Source: a virus. Taken from it: 39,521 bases of DNA. Below, piece by piece: positions 28,977-37,350 of the stretch. Position numbers and translations under genes: made by a program. The notes under the pieces were generated by a model. The model saw only the letters and a program-made list of their open reading frames with translations, was not told the DNA's origin and did not search any database. Each line of letters starts with the position of its first letter. Position 1 is the first letter of the stretch. The stretch lies in the UHGV virus genome UHGV-0321984. One strand, given 5' to 3'.

Positions 28977-31799
28977 CTAAAATTCCAGATTAACATCTGC
29001 ACCTTCGCCCATAGCTTGTGAAATATCGTCTACAAACAATCTAAATGATTGTCTTCCAAGATTGAATTTAAATACAGCTGGTTTAGTAGAGCCGCCCATA
29101 TTTACTTTATGTTCAACTTGTGCACCAATGTTTTTATTTGCATTTTTCAGATTTGCAGCTATATCTACATCAGGATTTGCATTGAAAAGTTCCGCGATAA
29201 AGTCTGCCATACTTCCAACAGTATTTTGTACGTCATTGAATCCTCCTGTCAGTCCTTTATTCAGACCGTTCATAATAGCCTGACCAGCTGGAATCAATAG
29301 CTTTCTATCGTATTGGATAGGTCCTTTGTGTTCACGAATCCAATCACCAATACCTCCAACAAAATCTTGCACAGATTTCCATGCATTTTGTAACCCTTCT
29401 AGAAAACTATCCATGATGGCTTTTCCGGCTGCTAGTAAATCGATATTTTTCAAGTTATCAAACCAGCCAGTTACTCTATCAACAGTATCACTAACAGCAT
29501 TTACTAAATTATCCCACACTTCTTGAGCGCTACTTACTAAATTGTTGAAAGTATCTATAGTGCCTTGTTTTAGGTTTTCCCATCCCTGAATGATGTTATC
29601 CTTAGTTCCAATAACTAGATTAATAAACCAAGCTTTGAAAGAATTCCATAAATCTTTCGCTCCTTGAATCATATTATTAAACAGATCGATTGTCCCTTGT
29701 TTTAGGTTATTCCATCCCTGTTTAATACTATTTACAATATTGTTAGTTGTCTCTTTGATCCATGTAGTAAAAGAATTCCACACATCTTTGATGGTAGAAG
29801 TTAACACATTCCAGATATTTATCACAGTATCCTTTAAGGCTGTGTAATAACCAACAACTATATCTACAAACGTCGTGATAATGTTTTGGATATTTGTAGT
29901 TAATGTAGTCCACAGCATCGAAGCATCTTCTTTTAACTGATTAAAATTGCCTGTTATCAAATCAATCAAAAGCAGAATTGGACCCATTACAGCAGTTTTT
30001 ATAATTTCCCATGCAGAGCCTGCGATTGATCCAATTTGAGACCATAGGTTCGTAAAGAAATCAATCATTGGCTGAAAAACGTTTTTTATGGCAATAACAT
30101 ACGGTGCTAGAATGTTTACAATTCCTTCCCAAGCGGAACTGGCAGCTTCTTTGATGCCGTCCCATATACTCGAAAAGAACTCTTTTGTTTCAGTCCATTT
30201 ATTCTTGATCCAATCTGCCGCTTTCCCAGGAGCTTCTTGAATTGTAGTCCAAACATTGTCTGCACCTTCTTTAATGGACTTCCATAAATTGTTAAACCAT
30301 TCTCCTGTAGATTTCCATGCATTCTGAATCCATTCTACTGCCGAGCTTACAGCAGACTTGATTCCCTCCCATAAGCCAATCCAAAAGTTTCTAAAATCTT
30401 CACTCGTATTCCAAAGATAGATGAAACCTACAACAAGTAGTGCTACCGCAGCTATAACCAATCCGACTGGACTGGTAAGAAAACCTATGGCGGAACCTAA
30501 TTTCTTGAACAAAGAGATTCCGTTACCTAATACACCTAACCCCACTTTCATGGTTTGAAACGCTTTAACCAGCATTCCTAATGCATACAATACTGGCCCA
30601 ATTGCAATAGCGATTGCTCCTATGGCCACTACTAATCTTTGAGTTGATTCTGGAGCACTTACAAATTTTTCTACTAAGCCGGATATGGCATCTGCTACTT
30701 TTTTGATGGATGGTGCTAGAATCTTTTGAATTACAATAGCTGCTGACTCAAAAGCTCCAAACATTTGCTCGATGGAAGAATTCATATTATCTTGCATGGT
30801 CCGAGCCATATCGTCAGCTGCACCATCAGAATCTTTCAGAGATTTTGTTAATTTGCCCAATGAATCAGGTCCTTTATCAATCAAAGCCATCATCCCTGAT
30901 AATGATTCTTGCCCATATAGTGTTACTAAAGCATTTTGTTGTTGTTCAGGCGTCAGGCCTTCAAAAGCTTTTTTAAGTAATTCTACTTGAGTTTTTAAAG
31001 GTTTCATTTTACCGTCAGCATCATAAAACGAAACACCTAAATTATCCATTGTATCTTGCATAGCCTTTGTTGGCCTTGCTAACCTAGACAATGCTCCTCG
31101 CAACGTTGTACCTGCTTGAGAACCCTTAATACCTGCGTCACTCATAATACCAATAGCTGCTGCAGTTTCTTCCAAAGAAATCCCCATTGAATTAGCTACA
31201 GGAGCAACATACTTCAATGCTTCTCCCATGTCTCCAACTTCCGCATTGGTGTCCGCAGCAGCACGAGCAAATACATCAGCGACATGTCCTGCTTCACTTG
31301 CTTCTAAACCAAATCCTCTCAAAGCAGTAGCAGTATTTTCAGAAGCTAGAGCCACATCCCCTCCAGATACAGCTGCTAAGTCTAAAAGACCCGGCATTGC
31401 TTTCATGATTTCTTGTGCGCTAAATCCAGCAGAAGCAAGATTTTCCATGCCGGCAGCCGATTCTTTTGCGCTAAAAGCAGTTTTTGCTCCTAGATCAATC
31501 GCTTGCTGTTTCATCTGTTCAAATGTGTCGCCTGTTGCTCCTGATATAGCTTTTACACGACTCATTTGTTCTTCGAAGTCGCCACCAACTTTAGCAGCTG
31601 CTACGCCTACTCCTATAAGAGGAGTGGTAATATACTTTGTCATTGCGGCACCAGTACCTTGCATCACTTTACCTACAGCGGTTGTCATACTATTTGATTT
31701 CTTTTCAAAAGTCTTAACAGCATCTTGCGCATCTTTAAAAGTCTTTACAAATCCACTATCTGTGGCTTTTAATAAGGCTTCAACAGAAAATTGTTCCAT
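28977..31799 (-). CDS. Tail tape measure protein
   Basis: 940 aa, Ala/Gly-rich with repetitive W/N-rich heptad-like repeats (...WNSF..W...). Located downstream of the G/GT chaperones. Confidence 0.8.
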   Translation of the reverse strand: MEQFSVEALLKATDSGFVKTFKDAQDAVKTFEKKSNSMTTAVGKVMQGTGAAMTKYITTPLIGVGVAAAKVGGDFEEQMSRVKAISGATGDTFEQMKQQAIDLGAKTAFSAKESAAGMENLASAGFSAQEIMKAMPGLLDLAAVSGGDVALASENTATALRGFGLEASEAGHVADVFARAAADTNAEVGDMGEALKYVAPVANSMGISLEETAAAIGIMSDAGIKGSQAGTTLRGALSRLARPTKAMQDTMDNLGVSFYDADGKMKPLKTQVELLKKAFEGLTPEQQQNALVTLYGQESLSGMMALIDKGPDSLGKLTKSLKDSDGAADDMARTMQDNMNSSIEQMFGAFESAAIVIQKILAPSIKKVADAISGLVEKFVSAPESTQRLVVAIGAIAIAIGPVLYALGMLVKAFQTMKVGLGVLGNGISLFKKLGSAIGFLTSPVGLVIAAVALLVVGFIYLWNTSEDFRNFWIGLWEGIKSAVSSAVEWIQNAWKSTGEWFNNLWKSIKEGADNVWTTIQEAPGKAADWIKNKWTETKEFFSSIWDGIKEAASSAWEGIVNILAPYVIAIKNVFQPMIDFFTNLWSQIGSIAGSAWEIIKTAVMGPILLLIDLITGNFNQLKEDASMLWTTLTTNIQNIITTFVDIVVGYYTALKDTVINIWNVLTSTIKDVWNSFTTWIKETTNNIVNSIKQGWNNLKQGTIDLFNNMIQGAKDLWNSFKAWFINLVIGTKDNIIQGWENLKQGTIDTFNNLVSSAQEVWDNLVNAVSDTVDRVTGWFDNLKNIDLLAAGKAIMDSFLEGLQNAWKSVQDFVGGIGDWIREHKGPIQYDRKLLIPAGQAIMNGLNKGLTGGFNDVQNTVGSMADFIAELFNANPDVDIAANLKNANKNIGAQVEHKVNMGGSTKPAVFKFNLGRQSFRLFVDDISQAMGEGADVNLEF

Positions 31800-31815
31800 G
31801 ATTTTCCTCCTTTCC

Positions 31816-32223
31816 TCAAGAGTTAGCTTTAGTTAGTAAGCTTTGGAATTTTTTATCTTGTTTTGAAAGTTCGGAAACTCCCATGATTGAATCTTCGATT
31901 TTTTGATAATTGAAGAATTCTTCAAAGGATCGATATACAGGAACTGTCTTTTTGCCTACTTTTTTCTCTGCTTGGACTTGCTGATTTGCCCACGCTAATT
32001 CGTGAATCAACTTTTCTTTGTCAAGCCAAGATAACTGGGCTGCAGTCATACGAATGTTGTATTCATATAAAGTCATTCTTTCGATATCTGAGATATTGTT
32101 TATTCTCAAATATCGAAAAGAATTGATAAGAATTTGTTCGTATGCCAGTGCAGAATCTATTCCACTTGTTGTTTTTCCGCTTCTTTCAATTTCTGATTCA
32201 GGTTTCGGACCGCTAACTTTCCC
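31816..32223 (-). CDS. Tail assembly chaperone GT (produced by a -1 frameshift from G)
   Basis: The downstream ORF is in the -1 frame relative to G. The slippery heptamer G_GGA_AAG (32223..32217) lies inside the window where both frames are open; the -1 frame is open from 32253. Confidence 0.55.
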   Translation of the reverse strand, partial: GKVSGPKPESEIERSGKTTSGIDSALAYEQILINSFRYLRINNISDIERMTLYEYNIRMTAAQLSWLDKEKLIHELAWANQQVQAEKKVGKKTVPVYRSFEEFFNYQKIEDSIMGVSELSKQDKKFQSLLTKANS

Positions 32224-32525
32224 GCGTTCGACTCCGCCAATTCTTTTAGGACTTCATCAAACAATTTTTCGATGTCTTTAACTTCATCGATGTAATCATC
32301 CATTTCATCCAACGTAATAGTTTCTTCTTCTGTTCTATTTGCTATTTCTAAGACTCGTGACAACGTGTTGACATTATAAGAACGTAATTCCGGTAAGACT
32401 TTTGCTGAGAGTCCCATTCCGAATTCCATATTTCCATCGATGAAAGGCATCACTTTGTCTAATTCACGTACAAATTTAGTGCCAAATTTAAACGAATATT
32501 CTTTACCTTTAATTTTTAATTTCAA
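32157..32525 (-). CDS. Tail assembly chaperone G
   Basis: 122 aa acidic protein immediately upstream of the tape measure. Contains the canonical slippery site near its 3' end. Confidence 0.6.
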   Translation of the reverse strand: MKLKIKGKEYSFKFGTKFVRELDKVMPFIDGNMEFGMGLSAKVLPELRSYNVNTLSRVLEIANRTEEETITLDEMDDYIDEVKDIEKLFDEVLKELAESNAGKLAVRNLNQKLKEAEKQQVE

Positions 32526-32570
32526 TGTTTTTCATCCTCCTAAAATAAAAAAGAGAGCATCTAAGCCCTC

Positions 32571-33083
32571 TTATGCTCCTGTCGAAGTTGCTTTCACGGT
32601 ATCTTTGAATGCATATTGAACAACATCGGCTTGATCTTCTGTCAAGGTTGCATAACCATCTTGGCCAACACCATTTACTGCAAATGATAAATTTAATTCA
32701 ACGTTATCCTCTGCAGCAGCCGATGGAGTAAATTCAGACACATATGCTTGGTAATAAGTAGCTTTGTACTTATTTGCATTATCATCTGTTCCCTGTTCTG
32801 CTTTGTTGATTTCCCAAATTTCAATGATATCGCCATTTAATAAGGCTTGTTTCATTTCATCTACATGAGAATCTCCTTTAGCAACTATTGAAGTAGCCGA
32901 AAAATCATATTCAACCGGGCTTAAACTTTGAACGTTTCCGTCTTTTGTCACTGTAGAGTCTGAATCTCTTGATAAGCCATTTTCGTGTTCTGTTTGAAAT
33001 GCCATTTTCCAAGCAGCTTCCTGAGTTTCTTTTTTCAATAAGCGATAAAGCAAAATGACATCAATACCTTTTAATGCTTCCAT
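32571..33083 (-). CDS. Major tail protein
   Basis: About 170 aa, with the position and size of a siphovirus tube protein. Start taken at ATG 33083 with strong RBS TAGGAGGAAGAAC; the track's longer ORF runs to 33122. Confidence 0.55.
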   Translation of the reverse strand: MEALKGIDVILLYRLLKKETQEAAWKMAFQTEHENGLSRDSDSTVTKDGNVQSLSPVEYDFSATSIVAKGDSHVDEMKQALLNGDIIEIWEINKAEQGTDDNANKYKATYYQAYVSEFTPSAAAEDNVELNLSFAVNGVGQDGYATLTEDQADVVQYAFKDTVKATSTGA

Positions 33084-33093
33084 GTTCTTCCTC

Positions 33094-33489
33094 CTATCTA
33101 ATTCTAAATTCAAGTGTGACAACCGCCCGTTTTAGCGGTGTATTCGTTGTTGTGTCGTCCATCACTTGAATTCCACTTGCTTGATAATTTAAAGCCCAAT
33201 AATAGCCTTCTGTGGCTTCTATCAATCTAGCTTCATTAAAAAGAGCAGATGCCATATCTGACACCTGCTTTCGTTTCTTCTGTAATCCCCAAACGGATAA
33301 AACCACAATCACAGACCCTTTAATGTCAGTTTTATTTACTTCATGGATTGTCTGAGTGTTCTCAAATTCCACAAAAGGATAACCAACATCCTCTAAAGTT
33401 TTGTAATCGTATGTTTTATATCCAAGTTTGTTTTGGGATATTTTAAAAAGTTCATCAAAAATCGACTGATCTCTTGTCTTAATCATCAT
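33094..33489 (-). CDS. Tail completion/neck protein (hypothetical)
   Basis: 131-aa ORF in the head-tail joining block. Confidence 0.4.
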   Translation of the reverse strand: MMIKTRDQSIFDELFKISQNKLGYKTYDYKTLEDVGYPFVEFENTQTIHEVNKTDIKGSVIVVLSVWGLQKKRKQVSDMASALFNEARLIEATEGYYWALNYQASGIQVMDDTTTNTPLKRAVVTLEFRIR

Positions 33490-33845
33490 TTCACCAAGGC
33501 TTTCATTTCAGCCATAAATTTGACTTTTTGATAATTAAAAGCTGGTCTAACATAAGGCTGGGCCGACATAAAGCGAGTTCCATATTCTACATAAGGAGCA
33601 TAGTCTGCTGTCGGTCCTACAATACCAGTTAAACCAGCTTCTAAAAGATTCATGTTTATTGATCTTCGTAAGTAACCTGTATCCACTGGCGCACCTTTTT
33701 GCATTCGTTCAGTCATTTCAGCAGTATTACTTTTTACGACTTTTTGAACGTCATTAAGCGTTGCTGCTTTTTTCAGATGTCGCATCAGCTGATCGATTCC
33801 TTTATATTCAAGTTGTGCCTTCATCAAGAACCACCTCTTGCACAA
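33486..33845 (-). CDS. HK97 gp10-family head-tail joining protein
   Basis: [10 protein letters not shown] and YAPYVEYGT motifs are typical of the HK97 gp10 family. The true start is probably the internal M (MKAQLEYKG). Confidence 0.55.
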   Translation of the reverse strand: MCKRWFLMKAQLEYKGIDQLMRHLKKAATLNDVQKVVKSNTAEMTERMQKGAPVDTGYLRRSINMNLLEAGLTGIVGPTADYAPYVEYGTRFMSAQPYVRPAFNYQKVKFMAEMKALVK

Positions 33846-34134
33846 TTAAACTATTTCTATATGCTGGTTTTCTAGCTGTTTTTTGTTGCCAAGTCTTTCC
33901 TTCAATCTCGATATAGTCAAATGTAGGGATAGAAAAAAGAGGCTGCGTCCTAATGACCTTCGCCCCTTCTTCCACACTACCAAAAATAGTCACACTTCTA
34001 TCAGTGCCAATATCTGTCACGTTTGCCTCTGTTCTTGTTCTTTCTGGTTTTCCTTCAACCCACTCACCGAGATCTGGATCATATTTAGAGTCAGATGAAC
34101 GTTTAACAAATATAATTTCATCTGTAAATCTCAT
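33808..34134 (-). CDS. Head closure / head-tail adaptor protein (hypothetical)
   Basis: 108-aa ORF between the connector and the gp10-like gene. Confidence 0.4.
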   Translation of the reverse strand: MRFTDEIIFVKRSSDSKYDPDLGEWVEGKPERTRTEANVTDIGTDRSVTIFGSVEEGAKVIRTQPLFSIPTFDYIEIEGKTWQQKTARKPAYRNSLIVQEVVLDEGTT

Positions 34135-34460
34135 ATAAATTTAAGCCTCCCTCGCTTTGGCTTGTACAACTCTTCCTGATCTTTACGCTTAAATTCGTCA
34201 ATCTCATTTTGATACTCTGAAAAATCCGAATCAGGAAAAGCCATAGATAAACCTTCTTGAGAATATGACTGCATACCTTCTTGACCAATTCTATTGAATC
34301 TTTTCAACGATACTTCATATACAACTGTTTCAAATTCTTTAGGAACTTCTTGCGTATTTAACAAGGTTTTCATACGCTCATTCGTTCTTCGCTCAATAAC
34401 TTCAAGCTTTTCATCTAGTGTTCCTTTAAGAAGTTTTTTAATATCCTCTGCAATCGTCAT
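34131..34460 (-). CDS. gp6-like head-tail connector protein
   Basis: 109 aa, MTIAEDIKKLLKGTLDEKLEVIERRTNERMKTLL... typical of the Phage_connect_1 family. Confidence 0.5.
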   Translation of the reverse strand: MTIAEDIKKLLKGTLDEKLEVIERRTNERMKTLLNTQEVPKEFETVVYEVSLKRFNRIGQEGMQSYSQEGLSMAFPDSDFSEYQNEIDEFKRKDQEELYKPKRGRLKFI

Positions 34461-34471
34461 ATTTTTACTTC

Positions 34472-34765
34472 CTAACTAGCAGGTTGACCTGTCACATTGA
34501 TTGAAGTAGTGAATTCTCCAGAAGTAAATGTGAATGTTGCTGATCCTTCTGCTGCAATCGTTCCATCAAAACCACCATTTTCATTTTTGGTCACTGTTGC
34601 GATAGCTCCATCACTTGAAGTTGCTGTAGTAGCTGCAACAACAGTAGCTGCATCGCTAGCATCTGCAGGCACAGCTGAAATAGTAAATGTTTTAGTATCG
34701 CCTACTTTACCGGTCCATGTCTTTTGATTTGGCACAATACCGGTAGCAGGCGTTACGCTTTTGGG
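34472..34765 (-). CDS. Big_2 (Ig-like) domain, predicted to be expressed as a C-terminal extension of the major capsid protein by a -1 frameshift
   Basis: Big_2-like sequence TWTGKVGDTKTFTISAVPADASDAATVVAATTATSSDGAIATVTKNENGGFDGTIAAEGSATFTFTSGEFTTSINVTGQ. It lies in the -1 frame relative to the capsid gene, with slippery C_CCA_AAA at 34765..34759. Confidence 0.5.
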   Translation of the reverse strand, partial: PKSVTPATGIVPNQKTWTGKVGDTKTFTISAVPADASDAATVVAATTATSSDGAIATVTKNENGGFDGTIAAEGSATFTFTSGEFTTSINVTGQPAS

Positions 34766-35676
34766 GAAATCTTCCCAAATGCTTCATCTTTTACAATCAT
34801 AAATCCAACATCCATTGTTGCACGCAAAGCAATCAGTTCTTGCTCAAACAAGTTAACTGGGGTTCCATCTTCATTAGTTAAAGTAGACAATTGGGCTTCT
34901 TCAGAAATCTTAAATGAAATATTATATGGGATTCCATAAAACATGTAATTAAAGTCTCCAGCGTAAAGAGTTCCTTTATCTAAAGACTTAAGGTCTACTA
35001 CTGGTAATCCGTCAATTGTATTAGCAGAGCGATCATAAATAAACTCAACATTTGACCCGACTGTTTGAGCTGCAGAACGTAATTCTGTACGATTTTTTCG
35101 GTTTGAAATAAACGCATTAGGTTCAAATTCATTTTCTGCTAACTTGTCTTCTAAGGCTAGGATATTATCATAAGTCAATCCGCCTTCAACCACATTCCCC
35201 GCACTAATAACTGATCCGTCTAGTGACTGAGGAAAGGGGTTTTCTTTATTTAATAAGGCAGCTGCATCAAATTTTTTATAGAAAGCTTCAGCAATTTTTG
35301 GCTGCATCTCCTCAAAGAAATCTGATAATTTATAATTTAAATATTCACGAGAAACCGGAAGAATGACACCGAGTTTTTTTGCAGTCATCGTAGCTTGCAT
35401 CCATTTAGGTTTAGACGTTTTAATTTTTTCACCTTCACCCACCCAGTATGCGCCTGGTCCTTCTGCAAAGTATTCAAATTTCTTTTCTTTGTCAGTCATT
35501 TCTTCGTATTTTGCTAACTGCATAATCTTAGAATTTTCCATAACTTCACTCAAAATGAGCGTATTATATTTATCAGGAATTTTTCCCTCTTTCGTTTCAT
35601 ATACCAAGACATTATCTGGATCCCATGTTTGAGCAAACATTTGCAAGTTCATTGGTAAAAGTTGTTTCTTTTTCAT
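34753..35676 (-). CDS. Major capsid protein
   Basis: 307 aa, directly after the scaffold gene. N-terminal LLPMNLQMFA motif. Confidence 0.65.
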   Translation of the reverse strand: MKKKQLLPMNLQMFAQTWDPDNVLVYETKEGKIPDKYNTLILSEVMENSKIMQLAKYEEMTDKEKKFEYFAEGPGAYWVGEGEKIKTSKPKWMQATMTAKKLGVILPVSREYLNYKLSDFFEEMQPKIAEAFYKKFDAAALLNKENPFPQSLDGSVISAGNVVEGGLTYDNILALEDKLAENEFEPNAFISNRKNRTELRSAAQTVGSNVEFIYDRSANTIDGLPVVDLKSLDKGTLYAGDFNYMFYGIPYNISFKISEEAQLSTLTNEDGTPVNLFEQELIALRATMDVGFMIVKDEAFGKISPKA

Positions 35677-35688
35677 TAAGTTTTCCTC

Positions 35689-36291
35689 CTATTTGATAAT
35701 TCGATTTTTAGCGGCTAGTTTAGCCACTGTTTCTTTAGTATTTTTCGATGCTGTAAATTGTCCACCTTCATTTGGTGGTGTTTGTCTTGCGTTTTCTCTC
35801 TTAATCAAAGAAGCAAAGTTAGTGATGACTGCTACAGCTTGTTTTGTGGCATCTGCATCATCATAAACAATCAGACCAAGTAAATCATCATCGTGTGGTA
35901 AATTTGCATCTGTCAGCATTTTAGAAGCTTCTTTCGTCATTTCAGATAGTGCCTGTCCACGCTTTAATTCAGCGATTTCAGCTTCTTTTTGTTCCAACTC
36001 ATGCTGTAGTTTTTCTTCCGCATTCATTTTTGCCAACTTTTTAGCTTCTTCTTTTTTTGCTTCTAGTTCTTTTTCCCACGCTGCTTTTGCTTTATTCGTC
36101 TCAGCAGCGATCATTTTCGCTACTTCATCACGAGAAAATGTTTTGCCAGTATTGTTTTCTTCTTTTACTGCGGGCGGTGTCTCTTGTGAGCCAGCTGGTG
36201 GGTTTCCTTGTTGTCCCCCATCACCAGATCCACCATCTCCTGGTTCAGAAAAAAATTGTAAGTTCATTGGCATAAATAAACGTTTTTCCAT
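35689..36291 (-). CDS. Scaffolding protein
   Basis: 200 aa, Glu/Lys-rich coiled coil (KEEAKKLAKMNAEEKLQHELEQKEAEIAELKR). Located between the minor head and capsid genes. N-terminal FMPMNLQFFS motif. Confidence 0.6.
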   Translation of the reverse strand: MEKRLFMPMNLQFFSEPGDGGSGDGGQQGNPPAGSQETPPAVKEENNTGKTFSRDEVAKMIAAETNKAKAAWEKELEAKKEEAKKLAKMNAEEKLQHELEQKEAEIAELKRGQALSEMTKEASKMLTDANLPHDDDLLGLIVYDDADATKQAVAVITNFASLIKRENARQTPPNEGGQFTASKNTKETVAKLAAKNRIIK

Positions 36292-36391
36292 GATTAATCC
36301 TCCACGGTTACGCCGCTACCCGATAAATTTGACCAGTTACGCCAGTCAGCCGAAAATAGCTTTCTCTTTAACGCCTGTAAGCTGTAAGAAG

Positions 36392-36425
36392 GCACAATAA
36401 AAAGCCGTTAATTTGTATTAACGAC
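36392..36425 (-). terminator. Intra-operon intrinsic terminator between the minor head gene and the scaffold gene
   Basis: Minus strand: GTCGTTAA-TACAAA-TTAACGGC (one G-U pair) followed by TTTTTATTGTG. Confidence 0.45.
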
Positions 36426-36437
36426 TTGATATTCGTT

Positions 36438-37346
36438 CTATATATATGGCGCTGTACTGCATCGACAAAATGGATGCATGTTAGGAGCGTTACTTCCTGG
36501 CTGCATATCGGCAACATCAAAAGCTTGATTATTTAACGGTATGCATAGCTTGCACGCCGTTGGTTCTGCTATATAGATGTACTGGGTAACGCCTGCATCC
36601 CTGTAACTTCGTTCTTGGATCCCTACCTGAACTCTAGTCGTTTCAGTCACCATCAAACGTTGAATGTTGAACTTAGTGTTTTCTCGTCCTTCAGCTGTTA
36701 AATATTCTGCCAATTTAGATGCAAGTTGCTTGGGATTTTTCCCCATCGTTATACTTCTCAGTAACAACCTATCTAATTCTGATTTCAATTCAGATTGATA
36801 CATCCATAAGCGATCACTAAAAGACACGTCATCACTCAAAAAGGAGCTGTTTATTACTAGTTCTATCAGCTTTGCATATCCACTTGAAGCAATAGTCATT
36901 TCTAAAATGCCGGCTTGTCTCTTCAATTCAGCTAAACCAACTTTTGTTAATTCATTCGAAAAGTACTTATCCAATTCATTAAACAGTGAAATCAGCTCAA
37001 GTCCGATATTAGCTTTTAAGAGCTCTAATCTATTTACACGCATCGTAAGATTGTATAGCTTTAATTCTTGGTTTGCTGTAGGAGAAAAGTCTTTCTCTTT
37101 AACATACTTCTTTGCTTTGCGAGCGAATGCTTTGACATCCATTTCACTAGCACGCTTCATCGCTTCACTACGAGTGATTTTCTGACCATTGGAGAAACTG
37201 TCCCACTGCGCGTCTATTTCTTTTTGTATCGCATCTTGTGCGTATTGCATGCGACTTTTAATTTCTGCCATGCGCTTTTTATCATCTTTAATTTGTTGCT
37301 TTTGCCATTCCTTTTCCCGTTTGATCCAATATTCTTGGGAGTTCAT
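36438..37346 (-). CDS. Minor head protein (phage Mu F / SPP1 gp7-like head morphogenesis protein)
   Basis: 302 aa. The C-terminus ...MHPFCRCSTAPYI is characteristic of Mu-F-like proteins. Follows the portal gene. Confidence 0.7.
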   Translation of the reverse strand: MNSQEYWIKREKEWQKQQIKDDKKRMAEIKSRMQYAQDAIQKEIDAQWDSFSNGQKITRSEAMKRASEMDVKAFARKAKKYVKEKDFSPTANQELKLYNLTMRVNRLELLKANIGLELISLFNELDKYFSNELTKVGLAELKRQAGILEMTIASSGYAKLIELVINSSFLSDDVSFSDRLWMYQSELKSELDRLLLRSITMGKNPKQLASKLAEYLTAEGRENTKFNIQRLMVTETTRVQVGIQERSYRDAGVTQYIYIAEPTACKLCIPLNNQAFDVADMQPGSNAPNMHPFCRCSTAPYI

Positions 37347-37350
37347 TTAA

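Noticed and set aside
29049-31836. Several plus-strand ORFs inside the tape-measure gene, including a 202-aa Ala/Ser-rich one (31228..31836)
   Set aside because: Antisense to a long, compositionally biased, repetitive gene, which characteristically generates long spurious opposite-strand ORFs. No start signals.
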